The notes under the pieces were generated by a model. The model worked only from the letters and a program-made list of their open reading frames with translations, did no database searches and was not told where the DNA came from. 64,000 bases of DNA, from assembly GCA_965603825.1 (NCBI GenBank), contig CBFDEM010000009.1, positions 310,001-374,000 on the forward strand, read 5' to 3'. Origin of the DNA: Blepharisma stoltei ATCC 30299. Its lineage: Eukaryota; Protista; Ciliophora. Positions 1-11,231 of the stretch are shown here, piece by piece (the first letter of the stretch is position 1; every line of letters starts with the position of its first letter). The translations under genes were made by a program, and so were the position numbers.

Positions 1-1355
1 AAGATGAGCCAGAAGACAGCTCATCAGAGAGTACTGAAACTTCTGACGAAACTATCTCAGAATCCAGCACTTCATCTACTGAAAACACTGAAACTTCAAA
101 TGAGTCTGAAAATTCAAGCGAAACTGAAACTTCAAGCGAAAATTCTTCATCTGATTCCAGTATATCAACATCTACAGGAACCTTAGCAGAAGGAGTAGGA
201 ACAGTTAACAGCAACCTAGCAGACTTATCATCACAATTTAGTTCTTCAATGCAAACTCTAAATGATCAATTGGACGTCGCAATCAATATAAATTCTCAAG
301 TAGGCGTTGCTCTTTTAGATAACCAAATTTCTGACCTTGAATATGAGCTTGAAAAAGTTAATGACGAAATAGACGACTTAGAAAAAGAATACGCTGACCT
401 TACAGGGGAATGCGATTCTTCAAATACATGCACAGACTGTTTACAAAATTCTAATTGCATATGGTGCAGCTCGTCACAAGAGTGTATGGTAGGGGACGAA
501 GATGGCCCATATAGTGATTCTTGTAGTGAATATGATTATAAAAAATGCTCAGATGGAGAATGTGGAGGATATGGAGACTGCACTGAGTGTTTGACTAATA
601 GTTTATGTGGATGGTGTGAGAATGGAAGTTATTGCTTGGCTGGAAGTACAGATGATTCCGGCAGCTGCAGTTCGTCGTTTTATTACTATGAGCAATGCCC
701 AGATGGTAGCTCTGATAGCGAAAATAGTTCAGAGGAAAATGAGGACAGTCAGGATAGTGAAAGCAGCACTGATAGTGAAGAAGCTGAAGAGCTGCAAGAA
801 GATATAAACGATTTAAAAGAATATGCAGCTAGTCTTGAATTACAAATTGAAGAATTAGAAAATCAAAAAGAAGAACTTCAGAATACCGCATCTGAAGGAA
901 CTAGCATTGAAAGCGATGGCACTGTTGTTGAAGACAATCTGCAAGGACTTGGCGAAGAAGTAGACAGCTTAGCAGAAGAAGAAAACGATGACTCTAGAGC
1001 TTATCAAGAATACCTAGCAAGTGTTTACAGTCAAACAATTATTGATTCTACTGATGAAGCTATTGATCAAAGTACTGATGAAATTGTTACTGAAATTGAT
1101 GAAAGCGAACAGGCAATTCAAGGTGATATTCAGAGCATGGACAATAGTTTAAGTAACCAAATTGATGATATTGATGACCAAGTCGTTGAAATTGACGAAA
1201 CACTTAATGAAGCAATTGACTCAACTGAAGAGTGGCAGCAAGAACAAAATGAAAGCGAGTCAGCTTCGACAAATTCAACGTCTGATGCTACAGAAACAAC
1301 TGAAGCTTCTGAAGATACAACTGAAACCACGACAGAAGATGAAGTGGCTGCTTAG
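1..1355 (+). CDS. 5'-truncated acidic Ser/Glu/Thr-rich coiled-coil protein with two PSI (plexin-repeat)-like Cys modules
   Basis: Frame open from base 3 to TAG at 1353-1355; two CxxC-L-x4-C-x-WC-x5-C modules (CTDCLQNSNCIWCSSSQEC, CTECLTNSLCGWCENGSYC). Confidence 0.75.
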   Translation, partial: DEPEDSSSESTETSDETISESSTSSTENTETSNESENSSETETSSENSSSDSSISTSTGTLAEGVGTVNSNLADLSSQFSSSMQTLNDQLDVAININSQVGVALLDNQISDLEYELEKVNDEIDDLEKEYADLTGECDSSNTCTDCLQNSNCIWCSSSQECMVGDEDGPYSDSCSEYDYKKCSDGECGGYGDCTECLTNSLCGWCENGSYCLAGSTDDSGSCSSSFYYYEQCPDGSSDSENSSEENEDSQDSESSTDSEEAEELQEDINDLKEYAASLELQIEELENQKEELQNTASEGTSIESDGTVVEDNLQGLGEEVDSLAEEENDDSRAYQEYLASVYSQTIIDSTDEAIDQSTDEIVTEIDESEQAIQGDIQSMDNSLSNQIDDIDDQVVEIDETLNEAIDSTEEWQQEQNESESASTNSTSDATETTEASEDTTETTTEDEVAA

Positions 1356-1484
1356 ATGAGCTAATATATAATTATTTTTAATTCACCTAATAAAATGATT
1401 ATTAAATGGACTGAGCAATTATTTAATATAAGAAGCAAACTATGAGCTTTTATCCTTTATGAAATAGCAATGATAATTATAAGT

Positions 1485-1492
1485 AAAAAAAA
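1485..1492 (-). terminator. RNA polymerase III oligo-T terminator of tRNA-Tyr
   Basis: Run of 8 T on the minus strand directly after the discriminator base. Confidence 0.85.
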
Positions 1493-1575
1493 TCCGATCA
1501 CCCGGATTCGAACCGGGGACCCTGGGATGACTATTTTTCTACAGTCCCATGCTCTACCAACTGAGCTATAATCGG
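1493..1575 (-). tRNA. tRNA-Tyr: tRNA-Tyr(GTA) with 10-nt intron (1529-1538)
   Basis: Reverse complement folds as a cloverleaf: acceptor CCGATTA/TGATCGG+A, D arm GCTC-AGTTGGTA-GAGC, anticodon stem TGGGA/TCCCA, loop CT-GTA-G^A with intron AAAAATAGTC after position 37, T arm CCCGG-TTCGAAT-CCGGG. Confidence 0.97.
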
Positions 1576-1658
1576 AGACATGCTTTTCTCCTATTTTTCA
1601 AATAAATACAATCCAACATTATCATATCTTCACACCCAATTAATAAATATCAATTACC

Positions 1659-2432
1659 TTAATTATCATCAGCCACTTTTGGTGCAAGAAAATACTTCAA
1701 TTCTCCCAAATCAAACACAAACTGTATCACAATTGGTACTTCTGGCGACAAAAATAGCACAACTTCCTCTGAAAGCATGGCTGCCTTATTAAATAAATTC
1801 AAATACCTGAGCGAAAAAGCCATATTTACATTTCCATTGACCCTTATAAATAAATTTTCTTCAACTTTATCTGAAACATTCCCCCTCATTGTTATGCATC
1901 CAGCGCCCACATTTCCGCTCACAGCAAATTTTATAGCTTCTTTATCAATAGAAATATTTAAGGTGTCAGTCACCTGTGTTAATTCTCTACAAATCTTCGT
2001 GAACTCTAAGCTCGACATTTTTACCTCAGCGCTGTATTCTTGCTCTGGAATACCTAAATGTTCTGCGTCCAAGGTCAATAAATTTAAATTAAATTCGCAG
2101 ATTTTCTCGTTATTAGGCCCTTGAAAGGTGAGGGTGAGGATACCTGAGTCGCTTTCTGATTTTAATTTAATTGAGTCATCGTTGCCAGCTATTTTTAAGA
2201 GTTTGTTGAGGTATGTAATAGATATGCCGAGGTTTTGAGGCCGATCGCATTGAAATTCTTCGAATTCACTGGCTTTGAGGATGAGGACAATAAGAGCGAT
2301 GTGAGAACTGTCCATAGCTTGGATACTGAGGCCATCAGATGTGATTTCGAGGTTGACTTCGGTTACGAGCTCTTTGATGGATTCAACTATTTTTTTCAAA
2401 ACGACGCCATTAGATAGCACTGCTTCAAACAT
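1659..2432 (-). CDS. PCNA: Proliferating cell nuclear antigen
   Basis: MFEA..., QAMDSSHIAL, EHLGIPEQEY, FSLRYLNLFNKA, LKYFLAPK; 257 aa. Confidence 0.98.
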   Translation of the reverse strand: MFEAVLSNGVVLKKIVESIKELVTEVNLEITSDGLSIQAMDSSHIALIVLILKASEFEEFQCDRPQNLGISITYLNKLLKIAGNDDSIKLKSESDSGILTLTFQGPNNEKICEFNLNLLTLDAEHLGIPEQEYSAEVKMSSLEFTKICRELTQVTDTLNISIDKEAIKFAVSGNVGAGCITMRGNVSDKVEENLFIRVNGNVNMAFSLRYLNLFNKAAMLSEEVVLFLSPEVPIVIQFVFDLGELKYFLAPKVADDN

Positions 2433-3095
2433 TGTTTATTAAGCCCCCCTAAATATTTATGATATTTAATTTCTTAGTAAAAGCTCTTTGAGATTTGCCT
2501 TATGATGTTTACAATTCAAAACAAATCTCCTTATTTTTCGATAAAGATTATTTTCCTGTATTAAAATAAAAGAATAGGAAATTCTGCATTGTTTTCACTT
2601 ATTTTCGAATTTTAAAATCATTTTTCAGGATTTAATTCCTGTGCAAAGCATAATCTTTATTGAAATAATTATCTGCAAACATAGCTTCTTATTAAAATTA
2701 CTCAAATAGCTATTTATAGGGATAATTTACTGATTCACAAATTTATTTAATAGCATTAGTTTTTAGAAATCTATCTTAAAGAGTCGTTTCTTAATAGCCT
2801 TAAGGTTTTAATAAGAAAATAAGATCAACTTTATATGAAAATTTTTCTCAATAATAGAATTCGAGGTGGCTATAAGCTTGAATGCTTTAATTAATTTTTA
2901 GCTTTTAGGAATTTACAATTTAGATTCGAAGAAATTCTTATAGCCAAACTTTATTTCTAATAAATTATGCCATTATTATCTTCGAGAATAGATAGAAGTT
3001 ATTTCACATAGATTAACTAAAGTCTTTTACTAAAATGAATCGGATGCCTAAAGCAATAAATTATGATATTATATTAAGGTAATAAATTTAACGAT

Positions 3096-3950
3096 ATGGA
3101 TAGTCCACCACCATTATCTAACAGTCAACTGTCAATAGAAGCCAATGAAGCTAAAACTCCACAGCCAAAACGATCAATCTTGAAATCTCTAGGAAGCTCC
3201 GGAAGCGATCTTTCGTTTGTCAAAGATAACGCAAGTCCAAAACGAGAAAAAATTACCAAAGGCCGAGAAATGTGATTAGCTACCAAATCAAGAAAAGATT
3301 TTGAAAACAAGCTGCAAACTATGCAAAACCGAATAAATCACTTAAAACAACAAAAAGAAAAATCAATTCAACACATTGAAATTTGCAAAAAGAAACACGA
3401 AATCGAGCAAAAATTCAAAAATGAGAGAGAAGAAGAACTACAAAAATTAATGGACTATAAGCTTGAAAAATATCGAGAACTCGAAGAAAGAAAAAAGCAT
3501 GTCCAAGATTTCGCTGAAAAACGAAAATTGGGTGTACAAACAGCTAGAGAAAGATTAATTAAGAAAAACAGAACAAATAATCTAATAACAAAAGAAGAGC
3601 GCAAAGAGCATGAAGAGTTTAAAAAGAAAATGATTGAGGAAGAACAAGAAAAAGCTCAAGAAAGAGCAAAATCAGCAATTAAGCAAAAAAGAGTAAACAG
3701 CCATAGAAAAAATACAAATTCAATGCTGATGCTGAAGGCGAAAGAAGATGAATTTCATCAAAGGATTGAGTCAGAAGCAAAAGTGACAAGTGATGTAAAG
3801 AAAAAGTTAGAAGAACTCGAAATGCTGGAGAAAACACTAATTGAGGAACTCCAAGAGACCAAGGTCATTGAAGAGTTAGAGCTGAGCCGAACTTTAGGTC
3901 TTTCGTTCTTTTCTGTAAATTCGACTTCAAGAACAAGTCGTGATAATTAA
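3096..3950 (+). CDS. Lys/Glu-rich coiled-coil hypothetical protein
   Basis: ATG at 3096 is in frame with ORF 3321 through one TGA(Trp); ends TAA. Confidence 0.75.
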
Positions 3951-4060
3951 ATAATTTTGCAACTTTTAGTCTTTTTTATTATCCTAAAATGAACTTAACA
4001 GGAATTTCCATTTTTACCAGAAAATGCAGATGGCATCACACGTTTTAGACAAATATTGTT

Positions 4061-4636
4061 TTATTGTTTTTGATAAATAACTTCTCCCTTTCCTTGCCTA
4101 TATGCCATGGTCCTGGCCATAACAAATAATAAATCACTAAGCCTATTAATGTAAACAAAAACATTTTCATCGATTTCCTGCCTTTCAAGCAAAGCAGCTA
4201 AGCTTCTTTCTGCTCTTCTGCATATAGACCTTGACATGTGTAATCTTGAGCTTGCTTCCCCTCCTGATGGCAATATGAAATTTGTTAATTTCGGTAGAGC
4301 AGCATCTAAAATATCAATCCAGTTCTCCAAAACAGAGATATGGGAAGGATCAAATCTCGTTTTTAAAAGCTTATCTGTATCTTCAGATGATTGAAAAGTT
4401 GCTATACAAGCGCCGATATCCATTAATCTATTTTGGATTGTAAAAATTATATTCATTATTTGAGAATCTTCCGAGCATGCAGCGGCTGCTAATCCCAAAC
4501 TTGAGTTTAGCTCATCAGTATTTCCTAAAGCGTCAAAAACTGGGTTGGTTTTACTGAGCCGCTCGCCTGTGTAAAGACTAGTAGCGCCACGATCTCCGGT
4601 CTTTGTGTAAATTTTACTTTTGGCGACTCGTTCCAT
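4061..4636 (-). CDS. MMAB: ATP:cob(I)alamin adenosyltransferase, PduO type
   Basis: KIYTKTGDRG.T.L, GNTDELNS, FILPSGG, RSICRRAER, YINRLSDLLF. Confidence 0.96.
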   Translation of the reverse strand: MERVAKSKIYTKTGDRGATSLYTGERLSKTNPVFDALGNTDELNSSLGLAAAACSEDSQIMNIIFTIQNRLMDIGACIATFQSSEDTDKLLKTRFDPSHISVLENWIDILDAALPKLTNFILPSGGEASSRLHMSRSICRRAERSLAALLERQEIDENVFVYINRLSDLLFVMARTMAYRQGKGEVIYQKQ

Positions 4637-4721
4637 TTATGATAATACATTAAATAATTAGATCTGATTTTAGAAAAATGTAATTCACTAATAAAAATCT
4701 TATTTGAGGCTATAATTAATA

Positions 4722-5174
4722 ATGTTTGCTCGCTATGCTTTAAAGCTTTTTAAAGCTCGACCTTTTCAATCTTTTCGAGCTTTTGCAAACATTGATGACG
4801 CCTCTGACCCAGAGCAAAGCAAATTAAAAGCAGCAGAGTCAGCACATGAATTTATTGATAGAATAATCAAGGCAAACAAAGTTGTCCTTTTTATGAAAGG
4901 AACTCCAGATAGCCCACAATGCGGGTTCAGTAACTATGTCGTTCAAGCTTTAAAATACTATCGAGTTGAAGATTTCCAAGCTGTGAACGTTTTAGAAGAT
5001 CCAGAAGTGCGCGAAGAAATCAAAAAATATTCAGATTGGCCAACACTGCCACAGTTGTATATCAATCAAGAGTTTGTAGGAGGATGTGATATTCTTACAG
5101 ATATGCACCAAAAAGGGACTCTAATGGAGTTTTTCGAGAAAAATGGGGTAGTTAAGAAGCAGAAAGAGGAATAA
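4722..5174 (+). CDS. GLRX5: Mitochondrial monothiol glutaredoxin
   Basis: VVLFMKGTP..PQCGFS, WPTLPQLY, GGCDI; basic N-terminal presequence. Confidence 0.96.
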   Translation: MFARYALKLFKARPFQSFRAFANIDDASDPEQSKLKAAESAHEFIDRIIKANKVVLFMKGTPDSPQCGFSNYVVQALKYYRVEDFQAVNVLEDPEVREEIKKYSDWPTLPQLYINQEFVGGCDILTDMHQKGTLMEFFEKNGVVKKQKEE

Positions 5175-6341
5175 TTTAATACATATTAGCTATTCATCAT
5201 TAAAAATTATTTTATTTGGCTGCGCAGAGTTTAAGTTATCATGAATCAAAATGAGTAGGATTAGAGTCTACAAAGAGAAATTTTATTGATTTGAACTGGA
5301 ATTAAATTTCTTATAGATTAAATTTTAAAATGGTTTAGACTTTTATGCAAATGACTTAATATTTTTCATTATCATAAAATAGAAATTTATATATCTGTTC
5401 TCAGTGATGGTTCTGTACGTACAGCCTGTGTAATTTTAACTGTCAGCTGGTATAATAGCTAATGCTAAATTTTTATTATTAAATCAATTTATCAATTGAA
5501 GAATTTGCTTGTCAACTTATTCTGCAATGCGAATTCATCAAGCTACAGCTTTGAAGTATATGGAGAAAGGTCGCGGAAAGTAGGACATAAACCTAGGAAT
5601 ATAAGGATTCTTTTCTTCAAATATATTTTTACACACAGCTCCTTTGGGTTGATATTTATTAAATAAAATATTGAAATACATATATATATATATGACGTAT
5701 AAAGATGAAATTAGGTATAATACAACTAAAATATGGCAGGCTGTTCTGAAATAATCTAATTAATATTCCAAAGTGAAGTATATTTGCATCAGAAATAATC
5801 TAGAGCACTTACGAACCAAAATTTAGGGCTGATAATTATTGGAAAATAATAAAAAGCTGGAGATAGTCGAAAATAATCCTAAAATATTTTTTATTTGTCT
5901 AAAAGCCATCTCCAGGCTTTTTTTGACCAGGGGAGACACCAGAAGGCTGAGATTCTCAATAAAGGCATCAAACTAACATTTTTCAACAAATTTTGCTTTA
6001 TTTGGCTATTTATTCTCCTTATATTTCATCAGCAAATATAAAGTGCTGTAAATTAAGAATAACTCAAAAATAAAGAGCATTATAATTAATTTATAAATTT
6101 CTGACATAAATCTTTGATTTTCAGACTATCAGTTTCACAAAAAATATGAAAGGCTAAATTTAAATTGGAGAATAATTATGAATTAAAATAATCACAAATA
6201 ATGCTTAGGAAAAATATTTTTGAAAATCCTCAAAAAAATACTGTATATTTTTCGTATAATCTAAATAGCTTTTATTCAATTCCATAATGTAATATTGGAG
6301 ATAAAACTGAACATTTATAATTTTAATAGAGAAGGATAAAT

Positions 6342-7104
6342 ATGGACCGAGGTTCTGGCTATGACAGCGACTTTCCATCTGCCAAAGATATAAAAGACAG
6401 TATGTCTACAATCTTTAAAATAGATCTAAAGAATACATTTGCTAAGGGTATGAGACTCTCACAACAAGCACAGTAATGGTTTATATAGAAAAACAAAAAG
6501 GCTCATCGAAAATGAAGCTTTGGCTGGCATTGATTCTAAGGAAAAAGCATTCCAATTCAGAAAAATCATAAGAGAATTTTTAGTATGAATCCACAAGTCA
6601 AAGGCCGTCACAATTTCTGACATCCAATTCTGGGAATGGATCAAATCAATCAACGCTGAAAATTCACATAAAGACAGAGATTTTAAAGCTACTTGTGCCG
6701 ATTTTATCGAGAAGCTTTTGAGCAACCATCAGTTTAGAGTAATAATGCAGGTATGGATGACTGAATACGAAAAAACGTTGGATGATGGAGAAGAAAATAT
6801 GAAGACAAAAGTCATTTTGGAATATATAAAACAAAGAATCAGAAAAGATACCCAAAGTACAGTAAATAATAAAAAAAGGTGCATTGAATTGCAAGCAGCT
6901 CCAGAAAGAAGAGACTGCGAAATTCAAACAGAAGTTTCGGATGAAGCCGAACAATCTATAGATGAGCTTAATAAAGAGCTCGAAAGCAAAACAACAATTC
7001 TTACCTTGATGAAGAAAAATTTTAGGGACCAAGAAAAAATGATTGAGACTTTAAAGAAAAAAATTGAAAGCATCGCAGGAAAGACTTACGAAAGTGATTC
7101 TTAA
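6342..7104 (+). CDS. Hypothetical coiled-coil protein; 16-nt intron 6473-6488
   Basis: Removing GTAATGGTTTATATAG joins the ATG 6342 exon in frame to ORF 6718; one TGA(Trp). Confidence 0.7.
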
Positions 7105-7327
7105 TTTAAAATCAATTTGTAAAAATAAGTTAACCATTTTTACTATAACTTTGTGGAAAAATAGCCACCACTAAGCTACTTATGCATTGAGTTATTTTAA
7201 AAAATTTCTTTTACATAAGCTAATGAAAATCTTAATTGTGGCCAATAATTATAAAGCTAAAAAGAGTTTAATTTATTTTTTGAAAATTTAAACCAAGAGT
7301 AAAATCTTTAATCATTAACTACCCTAC

Positions 7328-7978
7328 CTAGCAGCAAGGCTTGTTTATAGGCTTATTATCCATTCTTAAATTCAATTGCTGCCCTTCTGTTTTTTGATAT
7401 TGATCTGCTGCTGAGCCTTTTCTTTTCTTAACTGAGTTATTATAAATTTCTTCTAAAAGTGTTTCAAAAGCTTCTTTTATCATTGTAGAGGTGACTGCAG
7501 ATGTTTCGATGAACATTAATCCTTCAGCTTGTGCGAATTTTCTAGCTTGCTCTGTATTAACTTGCCTTACTGCAGGATTTTCAAGCGCTAAGTCGATTTT
7601 ATTTCCTACAAGCATAATCACGATGTCTGGCTCTGCTTTGGATTTCAATTCTTCAATCCAACGTTGTGCATTTCCAAAAGATCTGGCATTTGTGATATCA
7701 TAGACTAATAGTGCTCCAATAGCTCTTCTATAGTGAGCTGATACAATGGCATGATATCTTTCCTGTCCTGCAGTATCCCATATCTGTGCTTTTACTGTCC
7801 TTCCTGAGCGAAGAGTTACAACCCTTGTTGCAAATTCAACTCCAATGGTGGGATTTTGGTTTTTAGGTAAAGAATTTTTGATATATCTTGAAACAATGTT
7901 AGTTTTGCCAACGCTGGTGTCTCCTACTAAAACTATTTTATATAAGAAATCGTAGTCTTCTTCTGGAGCACTATTCAT
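7328..7978 (-). CDS. Rab11-like small GTPase
   Basis: GDTSVGKT, TIGVEFAT, KAQIWDTAGQERY, GALLVYDI, GNKID, ETSA, terminal CC. Confidence 0.92.
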   Translation of the reverse strand: MNSAPEEDYDFLYKIVLVGDTSVGKTNIVSRYIKNSLPKNQNPTIGVEFATRVVTLRSGRTVKAQIWDTAGQERYHAIVSAHYRRAIGALLVYDITNARSFGNAQRWIEELKSKAEPDIVIMLVGNKIDLALENPAVRQVNTEQARKFAQAEGLMFIETSAVTSTMIKEAFETLLEEIYNNSVKKRKGSAADQYQKTEGQQLNLRMDNKPINKPCC

Positions 7979-8974
7979 TTTATAAGTTTAATTATGAATA
8001 ACGAATTATTTTCCATTGTTTAAAGTTTAAAATTTATTCTAAAATTATATGTTAAAAAGTGGAGCTTTTTTATTTGATCATTGCATAAGTTAAAGAAGCC
8101 TTAAAGCTTATCAAGGGTTCCCAAGCCTATTTGCTTTATGTTTGTTTTTAAAATAATTAAAATCTTCAATTTGATAATTAAAAGAATGATGATAAATTGA
8201 TTTATCATAAGACTTTTGATTTTGCATGATAGATAAACTATTATTTAAAAATTTAAAGAATGGGATATATAGATTAAAAAATAAACTAAATAAAGGAAAA
8301 TGGCTTTTCTTGAGATTAGGGATAAATTATCCGGTATATCTCGATTGAAAAAGGCTTCATTTTACCAATGATTCATACTTTGATGTCTAAGAATTTGTGA
8401 TATATCTTTCCCTTTCTATTTGAAAACTTCCTAACAATCATCTGCCATTTTACTTATAAATATATATTAATTTACTTCATAGCAATCATTAATTATTACA
8501 AAGCACTTGCAATTTCTCATCATTATATAAGCGACACTCTATTCAGTTTTTTGCTTTAAATATGCATAATTTGTTAGCTGGATGAAAGCAAGATGGGTCT
8601 CAACTTGAGCATCTTAAACTGGAAAGAGGCCGAGAGTCTTAGTAATTATATACATACATTTCGGTGACAAAAAATTACTGAGCCCACTGATTTTTGTATC
8701 TAAAAAACCAGGTATTGTAATTGTAAAGTCGAAAGAGTGATACAAGATTAAAAATAAAATGAAGAAACAAAATAAATAATTGCCGAAGGCGAAAGATAAA
8801 ATGGTTGGTATTGAGAATTTTTAAAGTATACTTACCAGAGTTTAAATTCTCAACCATAAACGATTTCATAATAATTCTACTTTAAATACTATTTAATCTC
8901 AATTATTTTGTATACTTTTCAAGAATTAAAAATTATTAAATAATACTATCAAATTGATGATTTATGTTTTATTT

Positions 8975-9535
8975 ATCTTAACTCTTAAAGTTTTGGATAT
9001 TATTTTCTTTTTTCTTCAAGCTACTATAAATTCTTTTAAAAACTTATCGAAACTCCATTCAGCATAGTAGAAGTAGCAGCAGATACTTTAGCAAACAATA
9101 AATATTCAGCTCTTGTACATTCTCTAGCTTGCTCAGCACTTACTTTTGTTAATTCATGATTTTCAATAGTTAAACCCGTTTTATTCCCTAAAAGTATAAT
9201 AACGACATCTGGCTCTACCTGAAACTTTGATTTTAATATTGCAATACCTAAAAGATCACGCAATCGTAAAATCATAAACTAAAGCGCTTCAAGGCTCTTC
9301 ATAAATATGCAGGTAAATAACAAAATATTTTTATTGTCCTGCAGTATCATAAAATTGTGCATTTACCCTTTTGCCAAACTGTTTTGTTAAACACTCAATT
9401 CCAATGGTTGAATGAGTAGAGTTAGGCAAAGAGTTCCGCATATATCTTGATAATGTATTTGTTTTTCCTACCAAATAATTTCCTACTAAAACTATTTTCT
9501 ATAAAATTATAGGTTTCCTCAGAATCGGTTTCCAT
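8975..9535 (-). pseudogene. Degenerate Rab11-like paralog (pseudogene)
   Basis: Colinear with 7328-7978 (KIVLVG..VGKTN, STIGIE, DTAGQ, EPDVVIILLGNK) but has an early frameshift, TAA right after DTAGQ and a further frameshift; 3' boundary approximate. Confidence 0.85.
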
Positions 9536-9558
9536 TTTATATAAAAATATTAATTAAT

Positions 9559-10977
9559 TTACATTCCTGCAATCCTAAATTTATTGTAAAACACTTGCAA
9601 CTTTCCTTCACACGCAACTACCATTATATGAGTAACTATGCTATCACTTCTTGCTCTCTTATTTCGATTCTGAACATCTTTAACAATTTTATCAGGCGCA
9701 AAAGCTGCAGAGCAAAATGACTTGTTTTTGGATACTGGAAAATATTCATAACTGTAGTTTTTAAAGTTCTTTTTTCTTGAGAAAATAGGATTAATTTTCG
9801 GGGCTCATGTGCAATAAGTGTTCCAAAGATAAATATTTCCATTTTCTGAGCCTGATATAACATGAATTAAATTATGCGAAAAATTCGGTTTTAAAGGAAA
9901 TTTCTCATTGACAAAACCTTTGTATTTTTGCTTAAGTGTGAAATCTTTTAAGTTATAAAGCCTCATCCTTGAGTCATTAGTTGCTATCAACACTTGCTCA
10001 TCATCCAGAAAATCAAAGCCGGTTACTTTTCGCCCAGCTTTTTTTCTGCCTCAGCTATTTTTGCAGTTAATCTGTGTAAGTAAATTCATTTCAATGCAAG
10101 GCTCATACATAAGGACTTGGCCATGTAAGCATCCAATAAGGATTAAATCTCCATTTGGAGTAAAAGCTCCTGCAGTAATTAACTCAGGAGTTTTAGTTGA
10201 GCTTATAAGTGCATAGCTAGGGATATTTCAGACCCTGATAGTCTTGTCGTTACAACCCGTCAGGAAATAATTTGCATTAACTGGATGAAAACAAGCACAC
10301 GTTACAGCTTCAGGGTGCTTAAATTGTAAAAGTGGTCGGGAGTCTCCAATACCCCAAATAAAGACATTCCAATCTTCTCCTGCTGACAGAAAAAATCCCG
10401 AGCCTCTTGCCCATGAAATATCTAAAACCATCCGATTATGCCCTTTCATTACATTATAAGGGATTTCACAAAATAAATTTTGTGGTCCATACGGTCTTTG
10501 TTTTGAAACTTCATAAAGCTTGATATCTGGATTTTCTCCTCCAACTGCTAAAAATCTGCCATCTGGGCTAAATTTTAATATCCATATTTTATTGTGAATG
10601 TTCTCATCAATATCAATTACTTGGATTTTTTCAGATTCTGCGAACTCGAAGAAGTCCTTATGCTGCTTTTTTATAATATTTCTAATTGATGGGTTCGGTA
10701 ATAAATCTGGCTCTTTATGAGACGTTGAGTTGTATGTTGAATATTCTGATAGAGATATACGAGGTGATGAAAAATCGGAAAGAGAAATACGGGGAGTGGA
10801 ATCGTAAAAAGGATTATGAGAATTTTCAGATTGATTGCCTTCTGAGCCTGTATGACTCAGTACATCTGAAAATTTGAATCATTGAGATTCAGCACTTGAT
10901 GAGCTTGATCTCATCTGTTCAGTTGTTTCGAATGCGTCAAAAAATTCTTCTTCATCGCTTACACCTGGACTTTCCAT
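9559..10977 (-). CDS. WDR44: WD40 repeat protein, WDR44/rabphilin-11-like
   Basis: Single 472-aa frame with UGA=Trp; N-terminal FFAT motif EEFFDAFE; FHPVNANYFLTG, GRKVTG, LIATNDSRMRLY, ISGSENG. Confidence 0.85.
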
Positions 10978-11231
10978 TTAATAATTTATTATCAAGATTA
11001 AAATATGCCAAATTTCTCCTATTATAGCGATATTAATCTATGTTCAAAGGCCACAAATATTAGCTTGGAGAAAATTCCATTTTATATTGCAATTGTGTAT
11101 TTAGGAATTAAATATGAAAAATTCCTGGTTTTTAAAAAATTTATACAAAATACGAATTTTTCAGAATTTTGAGCTTTAATTAGTCTTTTATGACTGACAA
11201 TATTAATTTTTATTTATAACTGATTTTTAAA

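Noticed and set aside
5400-6000. Patches of higher GC, palindrome CTGTACGTACAG and a short (TA)n in a long intergenic region
   Set aside because: No sustained ORF or recognisable RNA motif; possibly a decayed gene but unsupported
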